Origin: an uncultured Chthonomonadaceae bacterium
GTDB lineage: Bacteria > Armatimonadota > Chthonomonadetes > Chthonomonadales > Chthonomonadaceae
Direction: 5' to 3'
Assembly: GCA_963835065.1 (NCBI GenBank)
Contig: CAWIEK010000022.1
Coordinates: 32,001-96,000, forward strand
DNA: 64,000 bases
A program made the position numbers and the translations under genes. Below are positions 51,974-63,148 of the stretch, one piece after another. Position 1 is the stretch's first letter. Each line of letters opens with the position of its first letter. The notes under the pieces were generated by a model. That model had not been told where the DNA came from. It saw nothing but the letters and a program-made list of their open reading frames with translations, and did no database searches.

Positions 51974-52662
51974 TTTCTTCTCGCCCTGCGCCTTTGCAAA
52001 TGGTGCGCGGCGTGGTTCCGATGGTTATCGAGCAATCGCCACGCGGCGAACGCGCGTATGACATTTACTCGCGCCTGCTCAAAGACCGGGTTGTGTTCAT
52101 CGGCGACCAGATTGATGACCAGATCGCCAACCTCGTGATTGCCGAACTGCTGTTTCTGGAAAAGGAAGACCCGGACGCCGACATTGACATCTACATCAAC
52201 AGTCCCGGCGGCAGCATTTCGGCGGGGCTGGCAATGTACGACGTGATGACGCACATCAGTTGCGACGTTGCTACCGTGTGCGTGGGCATGGCGGCCTCGA
52301 TGGGTTCCGTGCTGCTGGCGGGCGGCACACCCGGCAAGCGTTACGCCCTGCCCAACGCCCGCATTATGATACATCAGGCCAGTGGCGGCTTTCAGGGCAA
52401 CATGGCCGACGCCCAAATCTATCTGGAAGACATGAATCGGCAGTACGAAACGATTCTAAACATCTATTCCGATTCCACCGGCAAAGATAAGGAGCGCCTG
52501 CGCCGCGACATGGACCGGGATTACCACCTGTCCGCCCACGAAGCGCAGGAATACGGCCTCATTGACAGCGTATTGAACAAAGGCCGCAGAAGCCATGCGT
52601 TGCCTGCCGCCATCCAAGCAGAAGAAATCGCATCGAAAGAACGCGCCCTCCTCCGTTCCTGA
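51961..52662 (+). CDS. clpP: ATP-dependent Clp protease proteolytic subunit
   Basis: [22 protein letters not shown] (Ser), MIHQ (His), DRD. Confidence 0.95.
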   Translation: MQSLISSRPAPLQMVRGVVPMVIEQSPRGERAYDIYSRLLKDRVVFIGDQIDDQIANLVIAELLFLEKEDPDADIDIYINSPGGSISAGLAMYDVMTHISCDVATVCVGMAASMGSVLLAGGTPGKRYALPNARIMIHQASGGFQGNMADAQIYLEDMNRQYETILNIYSDSTGKDKERLRRDMDRDYHLSAHEAQEYGLIDSVLNKGRRSHALPAAIQAEEIASKERALLRS

Positions 52663-52681
52663 GCGGCTCATTTGTACTAAT

Positions 52682-52721
52682 CGCAACAGCCTGAAGCCGA
52701 CGTCGGCTTCAGGCTGTTGCG
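52682..52721. repeat. Perfect 40-bp palindrome after clpP (terminator-like)
   Basis: cgcaacagcctgaagccgac|gtcggcttcaggctgttgcg. Confidence 0.85.
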
Positions 52722-52799
52722 GTTTATGCGCCGAACAAAGAGGAAATGCGAACAGACATGCACAATTACAGGCTTGTCAAATCAACTTGGGAGAATGAA

Positions 52800-54678
52800 A
52801 TGCCTTTTTCTAATCGCCTGCCGCTTGTTTCCGCCGACCCGAACGCCGAGCGCGTTCAAGCCCTGTGCCAATGGTTTCCTGATGCCGTCACGGAAGGCAA
52901 AATTGACTTTGACCGCTTGAAGCAGGCCATAGGCGAGTTTGCCGCTATCGGGCCGGAGCGTTACGAACTGACATGGGCGGGCAAAAGCGAAGCGAAACGC
53001 ATTTTGCAGCAGCCAAGCATTGGAACGCTTGCGCCCTGCCGCGCCGAGTCCATCAATTTCGATGCAACAGAAAACATGATTACTCGAAGGCGACAATCTG
53101 GAAGTGCTGAAACTGCTGCAGCGCGACTATGCGGGCCGCATCAAGATGATCTACATTGATCCGCCTTATAATACCGGAAATGAGTTTATCTATCCCGACA
53201 ACTTCCGCGAAGGCTTGCAGGATTATCTGCGCTATTCGGGGCAGGTAAAAGACGAGCAATTGCAGTCCACGAACACAGAAAAAGACGGACGCCTGCACTC
53301 CAAATGGCTGTCCATGATGTACCCCCGTTTATTTCTGGCAAAAAACTTGCTGCGCGACGACGGCGTAATCTTCGTCAGCATTGACGACCACGAAGTACAT
53401 AACCTGCGTCTGCTCATGGATGAAATGTTCGGGGAAGAAAACTTTGTCTCTGAAGTAGTCTGGCAGCGTCATGCAGGCGGAAGCAACAATTCCAAATACT
53501 TTGCAGTTGAACACGAGTACATTTTAGTGTATGCCCGCCAGAAGGAGGAACTCACAAACAAGTTGCGTGTTCCTCTATCTCTAGCAGATAAGCAGGAGTA
53601 CACCGGCAAAGATAAGTATTACCAAACGCTTGGCCCATTCAAAACAAAGGGACTCAAGGCAGCAAGGCCTGAAAGCCCACGTCCCAACTTACGCTACGCT
53701 ATTGTCACCCCTGATGGCGAAGAACTTTATGATGAGTGGCGATGGGAGCAATCTCGTTTCTTAGAAGCGTATCAAAATGAACAAGCACTGATACGAAAAG
53801 ATCGTAATGGTAATTGGCAGGTAGAATATAAAATATACCTCAACCAAGAAGATGAAGAACGAACTAAAGTTCCTCGTTCACTGCTTACTGACGCTGAAAG
53901 AAACAGTGAAGGCAAAGGACAATTACGCGCGGTGTTAGAAGAAGACAGTATTTTCAGCAATCCCAAACCTACTGGACTGCTAAAACACTTCATGCGGATT
54001 TCGACCAGCAGCAACGACCTCATTCTTGACTTTTTTGCGGGCAGTGGTACGACCGGGCAGGCAGTATGTGAATTGAATGAGGAAGACGGCGGCAACCGCA
54101 AGTTCATTCTGGCGCAGTTGCCGGAGCAGACCGGCAATCCGCAGTATCCGACCATTGCCCACATTACCCGCGAACGGATGCGAAAATACTTCTCTAAGAG
54201 AAGTCAGAAAGCGAGCGAACAACTGCCGCTTTCTGACGATCACGCCCAACCCGACCTCGGCTTCAAAGCCTTTACCCTCACTGCAAGCAACTTCAAGATA
54301 TGGGATGGCGAACAGGCCGCTCAAAACCCCGACGCCCTTCCCGCCCAACTGCAAGCCTTTGCCGACAACCGCAAACCCGACGCCGACCCCGAAGCCGTTC
54401 TCTTTGAAATCCTGCTCAAATGCGGGCTGCCTGGCGTAGACCTGAACTCCCGCCGCGAAACCCTTACCGTTGCCAATCAGACTGTGTATCGGATTGCCGA
54501 CGGCGCGTTGCTCGCGTGTCTGGAACCCGACATTACGCGCGAAACGGTTGCGGGCATTGTGACGCTCAAGCCGCGCTCTGTCGTGTGTTTGGACAGCGCG
54601 TTCGGCGGCGATGACGCCCTGCTTACCAACGCCGAACTGCAAATGCGCGACAACGACATTAAGTTTCAAACGATATAA
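52800..54678 (+). CDS. mod: Type III restriction-modification methyltransferase (Mod); frameshift near 53080
   Basis: ERYELTWAGK, EGDNLEVLK, IYIDPPYNTG, DFFAGSGTT. Confidence 0.93.
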
Positions 54679-54713
54679 GCGACTGCGCGAAAAGGGAAAA
54701 GGGGCCGAACAAC

Positions 54714-57383
54714 ATGAAAATTCAGTTCGACAGCGCACAGGCGTATCAGCTTGACGCTATTCAGGCCGTCGTGGATGTGTTCGACGGGCAGCCGCTTGCG
54801 CAGGGGCAATTTGAGATTAATATGCAGGCCGGCAGCCAACTGCTTTCCGAATTGGGCCGGGGCAACGCCTGCGCGCTTGACAACAACGCCCTGCTTGCCA
54901 ACGCCGCCGAGATACAGGCGCGTAATGATATTCTCGCTACGCCCGCCCTGCTGAAACGGGGGTTCGGGGCAGTGGACAAAGGCAGCCCGTTTCTCAACTT
55001 TGCCCTCGAAATGGAAACCGGGACCGGAAAAACGTATGTGTACCTGCGAACCATTTACGAACTCCACGCCCGCTACGGCTTTGCCAAGTTCGTGATTGTC
55101 GTGCCAAGCGTCGCCATACGGGAAGGCGTAAAAACCAGCCTTGCCCTGATGCGCGAACATTTCGGAGCCTTGTACGGCAATCAGGGCGCGGATTACGCCG
55201 TGTACGACAGCAAGCGCGTCACCATGCTGCGCCAATTCGCGCAAAGCAACGCCCTGCAAATCATGGTCATCAATATTGACGCCTTCAACAAGGCCGCCAA
55301 CATCATGAACCGCAGCGACAACGACAATCTGAACGGACGCAAGCCCATTGAGTTCATTCAGGCAACGCAGCCTATCGTGATTTTAGACGAGCCGCAAAAC
55401 ATGGAGTCCGAGGCCAACAAAGCATCTATCGCAAGCCTGAATCCACTTTGTACGCTGCGTTACTCCGCCACCCATAAAACGCTGTACCAACTGCTGTACC
55501 GTCTCGATCCCGTCCGGGCTTACGATCTCGGCCTTGTCAAGCGTATTGAAGTGGACAGCGTTTTGGAGGAAGGCGACTTCAACCAGCCCTTTGTGCGCGT
55601 GGAAAGCATCACGGCCACCAAAACCAAAATTACGGCCAAACTCACCCTGCATATCCGCATGGCAACCGGAATTGCGCCCAGAACGGTAACGGTCAGCAGC
55701 ATGGGCGAAAGTCTACAGGAACTTGCGAATGGACACGAGGTATACGCGGACTATGTTGTAGAAGAAATCAGTTTCGCCAAACAGTTCATCTGCTTTGCCA
55801 ATGGCGTTCAACTGGATGTCGGGCAGAGTCAGGGCGAACACCGCGAAGAGGTGATGCGGGCGCAGGTGCGGCAAACAATTTTCAAGCATCTGGAAAAAGA
55901 GCGGGAAGTCAGTAGCCTGCCGGACGGACAGCGCGTAAAAGTGCTGTCGCTGTTCTTCCTTGATAAAGTCGCCAACTACTACGCGCTAGACGGCAAAATT
56001 CGCCGGTGGTTTGTGGAATTGTATAAGGAACTGGCGCACAACCCGCGTTACGCGCTGCTGCAATTGCCGCCTGTCGAGGACGTTCACAACGGCTATTTTG
56101 CCACCACAAAAGGCGTTGCCAGAGACACGGCGGAAGGACGCAACACGCAGGCCGATGACGAAGCGTACAAGCTGATTATGCAGGACAAAGAGCGGCTGAT
56201 GGACCGCGCCACGCCACTGCGCTTTATCTTCAGCCATTCCGCCCTGCGTGAGGGGTGGGACAATCCCAACGTGTTCCAAATCTGCACACTCAACGAAACG
56301 CGCTCCGAAACCCGCAAGCGGCAGGAAATCGGCAGAGGATTGCGCCTGCCGGTTGACGAAACCGGGCAGCGCGTCCGCAACCCTGATATAGCGCGTTTGA
56401 CGGTTGTTGCCAACGAAAGCTATCATGACTTCGCGCAGGGTTTGCAGAATGAAATTGAGGAAGACACGGGCGAAAAGTTCGGCAAGCGCATCACCAACGC
56501 CCGTGACCGTCGCAAAGCCAACCTGATTGACGACTGGCAGGGCCATGAAGACTTCAAAACGCTTTGGAACCTGATACGGGCGCGCACCCGCTACCGCGTC
56601 GAATACGATACGGTCAAACTGATTGATCAGGCAGCGGACGCCCTGCGCAATCAGCCCGCTATTCACGCCCCCACCATCAAAACGCGCAGCGACCAGTTGA
56701 TTTTAACGCGCAGCGGCATCCAGACGCAATTGAACGCTTCCAGAGAAACCCGCGCCCATTACATTCTCCATGTGCTGCCGGATATGCTTGGCTACTTGCA
56801 GCGCGAAACTCGCCTGACGCGCGGTACGCTGGCGCAGATTTTAATTCAGTCCGGCAGGCTGCCCGATGCGATTGTGAACGCGCAGCAGTTTCTGGATTGC
56901 GCCACGCGCGCCATCAAATACGTCAAGCACAATCTCATGGTAGACGGCATCAAGTACGAGCGCATTGAAGGCGAAAACGGCGCATGGGACATGATGCTGT
57001 TTGAAGCAAAGGAAATCAACGGCTACGCGGACCGCATGGTGGAAACCATGAAAAGCCTGTATGACGCCATTGAGTGCGACTCGCAAACCGAAATCAAATT
57101 CGCGTCCGGGCTGGAACATCGCAATGAGATCAAGTTCTTTTTCAAGCTGCCGCGCTGGTTCAAAATCGAAACGCCATTGGGAACGTACAACCCTGATTGG
57201 GCGGTTGTCAAGCAGAACCTGCCGGATGAAACCCGCTTGTACCTTGTGCGCGAAACCAAATCCACCACCAACGTTTTTGATATACGCCCGACGGAAGAAG
57301 GCAAAATCACCTGCGGACGCGCCCACTTCGCTGCGCTGTTGGGCGTTGACTTCGCCAAAGTCACCGATCCCGCCGACGTATAA
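54714..57383 (+). CDS. res: Type III restriction endonuclease (Res)
   Basis: METGTGKT, DEPQN, RYSATH, LREGWDNPNVFQIC, QEIGRGLR, YNPDWA...ETK. Confidence 0.95.
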   Translation: MKIQFDSAQAYQLDAIQAVVDVFDGQPLAQGQFEINMQAGSQLLSELGRGNACALDNNALLANAAEIQARNDILATPALLKRGFGAVDKGSPFLNFALEMETGTGKTYVYLRTIYELHARYGFAKFVIVVPSVAIREGVKTSLALMREHFGALYGNQGADYAVYDSKRVTMLRQFAQSNALQIMVINIDAFNKAANIMNRSDNDNLNGRKPIEFIQATQPIVILDEPQNMESEANKASIASLNPLCTLRYSATHKTLYQLLYRLDPVRAYDLGLVKRIEVDSVLEEGDFNQPFVRVESITATKTKITAKLTLHIRMATGIAPRTVTVSSMGESLQELANGHEVYADYVVEEISFAKQFICFANGVQLDVGQSQGEHREEVMRAQVRQTIFKHLEKEREVSSLPDGQRVKVLSLFFLDKVANYYALDGKIRRWFVELYKELAHNPRYALLQLPPVEDVHNGYFATTKGVARDTAEGRNTQADDEAYKLIMQDKERLMDRATPLRFIFSHSALREGWDNPNVFQICTLNETRSETRKRQEIGRGLRLPVDETGQRVRNPDIARLTVVANESYHDFAQGLQNEIEEDTGEKFGKRITNARDRRKANLIDDWQGHEDFKTLWNLIRARTRYRVEYDTVKLIDQAADALRNQPAIHAPTIKTRSDQLILTRSGIQTQLNASRETRAHYILHVLPDMLGYLQRETRLTRGTLAQILIQSGRLPDAIVNAQQFLDCATRAIKYVKHNLMVDGIKYERIEGENGAWDMMLFEAKEINGYADRMVETMKSLYDAIECDSQTEIKFASGLEHRNEIKFFFKLPRWFKIETPLGTYNPDWAVVKQNLPDETRLYLVRETKSTTNVFDIRPTEEGKITCGRAHFAALLGVDFAKVTDPADV

Positions 57384-57556
57384 TGCCTGCAAGTTATAAG
57401 CCAGTCGCCTGTTGACTTCCTATGCTGTCGCACATTCGCGTCAGTTGTTGTGCAGCAGATGGTGTCCGCAGGACACTCGGCGGATGCGCAGGCCGTGCTT
57501 ACAGCCATTGAGCAGACTGCATTACGGGTATACTCTGCATGGAGGAGCTGATTGCC

Positions 57557-58345
57557 ATGAAAGCGCGACGTTCGTTACTGCTGTTGCTGACACTGGTTCT
57601 TGCGGTGGTTGGCGCAAGGGGGCTGTGGGTGTGGAAGGCGAAGCGGCAGTACGCCCTCAACCGCCAACTGATTGCCGCCCTAAAAAACAACGACGCGAAG
57701 CAGGCGCTTGCCCTTGTTAATAGGGGAGCCGATCCGAATACGCGCTACAACCCGCCGCCTGCGCCTACACTCACGCAATTGTTCAATCACCTGCTGCACC
57801 GTTCACTCGTTCCTGCCAATGATAGCCCTACGGCGTTCTTGATGGCTTGTGGAGCCAATTGGAACGTATCGAGCAAAGATATTAAATACGGTGACGACTC
57901 TCCGAGAAATGTATCCTTAATTCGCGCTATGTTGACACATGGCGGGGATAGTAACACAACAGACTTTCAGCACTGGTCTGCTCTTAGTATTGTTGTTTGG
58001 AGCAACAACCGTTATATAGCGCAACTGCTTCTGGAACACGGAGCGAACGTCAATGCGCAAAATCTTGATGGTATGACGCCATTAATGTTTGCTGTTTCAT
58101 CCCTTGATGTGGGCATGATACGCCTGCTACTGGATCATGGCGCAAACATTTCTATTGGAGATAGATGGGGAGCCACAGCATTACATTACGCTGTGGCTGA
58201 AGACAACGCTATGAATATCGCGCGCCTGCTCCTGGCGTATAAAGCCAATCCGAACCAGCCTGATAAACACGGCCTTACTCCGCTCAATTATGCTCAACAG
58301 CATCATCGCCTCGATATTGTGGCGTTGCTGCGAGGGAAGCGGTAG
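57557..58345 (+). CDS. Ankyrin-repeat protein with N-terminal membrane anchor
   Basis: GANVNA..GMTPLM, GATALHYA, GLTPL. Confidence 0.9.
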   Translation: MKARRSLLLLLTLVLAVVGARGLWVWKAKRQYALNRQLIAALKNNDAKQALALVNRGADPNTRYNPPPAPTLTQLFNHLLHRSLVPANDSPTAFLMACGANWNVSSKDIKYGDDSPRNVSLIRAMLTHGGDSNTTDFQHWSALSIVVWSNNRYIAQLLLEHGANVNAQNLDGMTPLMFAVSSLDVGMIRLLLDHGANISIGDRWGATALHYAVAEDNAMNIARLLLAYKANPNQPDKHGLTPLNYAQQHHRLDIVALLRGKR

Positions 58346-58350
58346 GTTCA

Positions 58351-58388
58351 ACCCTCATCCGTCGGAGGCCACCTTCTCCCTTGCAGGG
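58351..58388. repeat. Dispersed palindromic repeat (ACCCTCATCC...CCACCTTCTCCC); further copies at 59352, 59551 (inverted) and 63015
   Basis: accctcatccgtcggaggccaccttctcccttgcaggg and near-identical copies. Confidence 0.8.
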
Positions 58389-58491
58389 CTTATTGCGCGA
58401 CAGTTTTTGCAGTGGCGCGAGTGGGCATAGAGAGGTTGGTTCAGGCCGTATTCACAAGGAGACATCCCCAACCTTGTGAGGAGCCATGAAC

Positions 58492-59280
58492 CTACCGTCT
58501 CCCTCGCAGCAATTCCACAATGTCGGGACGGTCTCGCTGTTGGGCTAAATGGAGCGGTGTCGCGCCATACTTGTTGGGAGGGTTGGGATCGGCTCCATGC
58601 GCCAGAAGAAGCCGGATAACGTCCCTATTGGCGTCATTGGCAGGGGCAAAGACCGCGTAATACAAGGCGGTTTGTTCCTGCTTATCTTCAAGGGCAATGT
58701 TCGCGCCATGCTCCAGCAGCAGCCGCGCCATGACGGTATCGCTGGAATAGGCCACGCGCATCAGGGGCGTGGCTCCCAGACTATCCTTTTGGTTGACGTT
58801 CGCGCCGTGTTCCAGAAGCAGTTGAGCGATATGTGGGCGATATTCCGTGGCGGCGTAATAGAAAGCGGATTCGTGCAGGGAATCGCCCGCGTCCACATTT
58901 GCGCCATGCGCCAGCATCGCGTTAATCAGGGGCAAATCTTCCCCATGATAATGGTCAAAGCGCCCGGATGTCTGTAAATAGGCTCCCGCGCCGCAGGCAT
59001 ACATTAGCGCTGTCGGGCTATGATTGATAAAAACAGGGGAGTGGCGTAACAAGCGGCGGTAGAGGGTTTTCAGGGGCGGCGTGGGCGTCGGGTAAAAGCG
59101 GGCGTTCGGGTCGGCTCCGGCATTGAGGAGGGTAATCGCCTTTTGGCTGTCGTTGTTGGCAAGGGCGGCAATCAGTTGGCGGTCAAGCGCTTCCTGCTGA
59201 TGCGCTTTCCACACTCCTGTTACGCCCACGCCCACAAGGACGAGAATTAAGAAGAATAGCGGGGAACGTCGCGCTTTCAT
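58492..59280 (-). CDS. Ankyrin-repeat protein, paralog of 57557..58345
   Basis: Same MKARRS start, LDRQLIAAL-NND and GADPN; ends DIVELLRGRR. Confidence 0.9.
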   Translation of the reverse strand: MKARRSPLFFLILVLVGVGVTGVWKAHQQEALDRQLIAALANNDSQKAITLLNAGADPNARFYPTPTPPLKTLYRRLLRHSPVFINHSPTALMYACGAGAYLQTSGRFDHYHGEDLPLINAMLAHGANVDAGDSLHESAFYYAATEYRPHIAQLLLEHGANVNQKDSLGATPLMRVAYSSDTVMARLLLEHGANIALEDKQEQTALYYAVFAPANDANRDVIRLLLAHGADPNPPNKYGATPLHLAQQRDRPDIVELLRGRR

Positions 59281-59346
59281 AAGATACTATGCCTCCTGCC
59301 AGTATTGTACCCGGCTTTGCTCCGGTTTGCCCCGCTTGCCGTAAGC

Positions 59347-59486
59347 CTTCGACCCTCATCCGGCCTTCGGCCACCTTCTCCCTTTCAGGGCGAAGGCCAG
59401 TGTGGTAGTCGGGTGCGTTGATTATGGAGATAGTTCCGGCGTATGCCCTGCTGACGTATTTCCCCATCCCCGTTCAGCCGCCCATT
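59347..59486 (+). repeat. ~140-bp imperfect direct repeat, copy 1 (copy 2 at 63010-63148)
   Basis: Both start cttcgaccctcatccgg and end gtatttccccatccccgttcagccgcccatt. Confidence 0.88.
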
Positions 59487-59729
59487 GCATAGTTTAGCCT
59501 TCTCCCTTTAAACTCTCCCCTTCCCTATTTCACCACCCATTGATCAGTTTAGCCTTCTCCCTTGCAGGGAGAAGGTGGCCGCCGGCGGATGAGGGTAGAA
59601 GCCCCCGTTGGCACAGCAGGAAGCGGAACAAAGCGCGTTGAATTACAGGGTGACAGGGGAGGAAACAGAAGAGCAGGGTGAAGGGGAGGGAAACAGAAGA
59701 GCAGGCAACGGCAGGCAGGAGACAGCAGC

Positions 59730-62700
59730 ATGGCGGCACAAGCGGACAAACGGAAGCAGGCAGCAGAACACCCGATACCGGCTACAGGCGCGCTGGTAAC
59801 AAAGTTGATGAGTACGCTCGTGGCAACCGTGTTCACCGGCCCGGCAGGTGCGGTGGCGGGCGGAATCGCCATCCTGGGTGACCCGCTGCAAAAGCAGATG
59901 GAAGCGGCGGTACACAATCTGCGGTTGGAGGACAACCGACGGCGAATTCTCAACAAACTGAAACAGCAGGCGAGGGACGAAGGCTGTACGCTCAATCTGG
60001 ACGAACTGGACGCGCAGGCGCAAATCACGATGGCGGCGGGGTTCGATTTTGACAGCCTGATGGACAACTACGAGCGGCTTGAAAACCTGCCCGTGCTGTG
60101 GAATGCGAAACGCGAGACGCCCCTGGAACGCGACAACGGGGAACGCGACAAATACCACGATCTGCTTGTCGTGGAAAATGTGCGGGCGTTCGTGCCTCTG
60201 TTGCTGAAAATGCCGGAGTTGCAGGAGTGGCTTGTCGTGTATGTCAGCCGCAAAGAGAGCGCGCGGCAAAACATGTTCGCGAAGATGGAGACGCAGACAC
60301 AGAACAAACCAGACCCTTATGCGGAGTTTGAGCCGAAGTACCGGGCGGCAGTCGTGAAGGAGCTGGATTGGGTGGAACTCTTCATCGAGCGCCCTGACGT
60401 GGAACACGAGTCCACCCGACAGACGCTTTCGGTTGCGTATGTCACGCTGACGCTGGCGCGGGGCCGCTACGACGAGGCGGGGGGCGGGGATGTGTCGGCG
60501 GAACGCCTGCTGGACACACTGCCCGCCGATGCGCCGCGCGCCCTGATTGTCGGCCCGGCGGGATGCGGCAAGACCACGCTGATGCGGTGGGCGGCCATTG
60601 AAGCGGCGCGCGGCGCAAACGTGCCGGAACGCAAGGACAGACCGGGAGAACGGCGCGAGAAGATGCTGCCGCAACGGGCGGACGGCATTGGCGTGGCGCG
60701 ACAAAGTTCCGTTCTACGTGCGGTTGCGCGACTTTCCAACGGGCAGTTTTCCCAGTGTGGACGAACTGCACCGGCATGGCGAAACGAAACGAACGCCGCC
60801 GACAGGGTGGGCGGAAAGCGTTCTCAAGCAGGGGCGCGGGCTGGTGCTGCTGGATGGCTTGGATGAGTTGTCGGGGGCGCAGCGGCGCAAGGCGCTGACG
60901 TGGATACAAGGCTTGATTGACGATTACGGCGAACGCAATGTGTTCCTCGCAACCAGTCGCCCGGAAGCGCTCGAACCCGATGCGCTGGAAACAGTCGAGG
61001 TTTGCCGAGTACAACGTCCGTCAACCTGTCGCCGGAAGGCAGGCGGCAGTTCGTGCGCCGCTGGCATCGCGCCGTTGCCCGACAGATTGGTGGCTCGCGC
61101 CAAAAATTGCGCCTATTGGCGCAGAAGCGCCGCCAACTGCTGCGGGAACTGGAAACCAACCACGCCGTCGCGCATCTCGCGTCCAATCCTCTCCTGTGCG
61201 CCCTGCTGTGCGCCCTGAACCGCGTGTACCGGAGCAATTTGCCGGAAAACCTGCGCGACCTGTGCGAAAGCGCGTGTAAAATGCTGCTGTGGGACCGGGA
61301 CAAGCTTGAACGAAGTGAAAGCGCTGGACTCGCTGCCCGCGTATTCCGCGCTCACGAAACCGCAGCGCCTGCTGCTGGCGCGCAATCTGGCCTACGACGC
61401 CGTACAAAAGGAAATCACGGTTATTCCCCGGAAAAGCGCGGTTGTGCAGGTCGCGGAAACGCTGAAGTCTGCGCGGCGGCAGGGATAGGAGCGAGGCGGA
61501 GGAAGTGCTGAAAGGGCTGCTGGAGCGGAGCGGGTTGGTGCGGATGTGCCGCAGCAGCGACGTGGAGTTCGTTCACAACGCCCTGCGCGATTACCTGGCA
61601 TCGCTGGCGTTCATCAAGCGTGACGAGTACGAATATCTGGCAGGCAAGGTGATGTCGGAGAACCTGGCGCGGTGGGAACCCGTCCTGCTGTTTGCGGCTG
61701 CCGAAGAGGATGACGAGGAGTTCGGAGCCAATCTTGTGCAGGCCATTTTAAGTTTGCCGGGGCGGGGCAAACAGGAACGCTACCGCCGTAACGTGATGGC
61801 ATTGAAAACAGCCGGGCGCGTATGCCATACGCTGCCGTCGCCTGTCAGGAGAAAACTGGACGAAATACGCGCGCAGATGCTGCCCGTAGATACCGTAGAC
61901 AAAGCGAACGCGCTGGCGGAGTGCGGCGAAGTCGCCATTGAACACCTGGCCTGGCGGCGCGACATGTCGCCGGAAGTGGAAACCGTCTGTGCGCAGGGGC
62001 TGGCGAAGATGAACAGTGAGCAGGCCGTGAATGTTCTGCGCCGGTTTCTGCGCCGTGATGCCCCGCCCGCCGTCCTTGACGCCCTGGCAACCGTGCTGCC
62101 TGCCGCAGTCATGGCGCAATCCGTGAACGTCCTGACGATCCCTTCTGTGCTGTCACAATTCAGAGAATATTTGATGAACCGGAAGAGTACCGCCCCCATA
62201 TTCACGACCTATCGCCGCTCGCCGGTCTGACGGGCTTGCAAGAACTGTATCTTGTCTCTGCACAGGTTTCTGACCTGACACCTCTTGCCGGTCTGACGGG
62301 CTTGCAAAAGGCTGTGATCTGAACAACACGCAGATTACTGACCTGATGCCGCTTGCTAGTTTGACGGACTTGCAAACGCTGTCTACTGGGCAACACGCAG
62401 ATTACTGATTTCTCTCTCCTTGCCAGTCTGACGGGCTTGCAAAGGCTGTTCCTGGGCAACACGCAGATCAAGAACCTGACGCCGATCGCTGGATCTGACG
62501 GACTTGCAAACGCTGTGGCTCTGACACACACGCAGATTACTGATTTCACTCTCCTAGCCGGTCTGACGGACTTGAAAGATGCTGTCGACTGGATAACACA
62601 CAGATTACTGATCTGACACCCCTTGCCGGTCTGACGGACTTGCAAGAACTGCGGCTGGACAACACGCAGATTACGGATCTGACGCCGCTTGCCGGTCTGA

Positions 62701-62855
62701 CGGGCTTGCAAACGCTGTATCTTGAACAACACACAGATTACTGATCTGACACTCTATCGCCGGTCTGACGGACTTGCAAACGCTGTATCTGAACAGCACA
62801 TCACATTACTGACCTGACACCACTTGCTAGACTGACGGGCTTGCAAACGCTGTAG
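59730..62855 (+). pseudogene. NACHT NTPase + leucine-rich-repeat (NLR-like) protein with many frameshifts
   Basis: Walker A GPAGCGKT, Walker B LVLLDGLDE, ATSRP, NPLLCALLC, EFVHNALRDYLA; 22-aa LRRs (LAGLTGLQELYL...DLTP). Confidence 0.82.
62205..62855 (+). repeat. About ten 66-bp tandem units encoding LRRs
   Basis: Recurring gccggtctgacggRcttgcaa...acacgcagattactga. Confidence 0.88.
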
Positions 62856-63009
62856 CTGAAGACACGTCCGTCCCTGCGGCGGAAAAGGAACGGTTTGAAG
62901 CGATGTGCCGCGCGCGTGGGCAGAAGATTAGGTGTGTATTGAGAGCGAAGCGACGTGACCGGGATGTTGGCGGTAATGTATCGGGGCGTGTTGTGCGTAG
63001 CGCGGGGAG

Positions 63010-63148
63010 CTTCGACCCTCATCCGGGCTACGCCCACCTTCTCCCTTGCAGGGCGAAGGCCAATGTGGAAGTTGGGCGCGTGGATTATGAGTTTCGTTCA
63101 GGCTATGGACTGCTGATGTATTTCCCCATCCCCGTTCAGCCGCCCATT
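63010..63148 (+). repeat. ~140-bp imperfect direct repeat, copy 2
   Basis: Matches 59347-59486. Confidence 0.88.

Noticed and set aside
53040..53110. Phase-variable mod (phasevarion)
   Set aside because: No simple-sequence repeat or long homopolymer at the frameshift; it matches the window-wide indel pattern.
62205..62855. 66-bp periodic repeats as CRISPR or a DGR template
   Set aside because: They encode LRR units; there are no unique spacers and no reverse transcriptase in the window.
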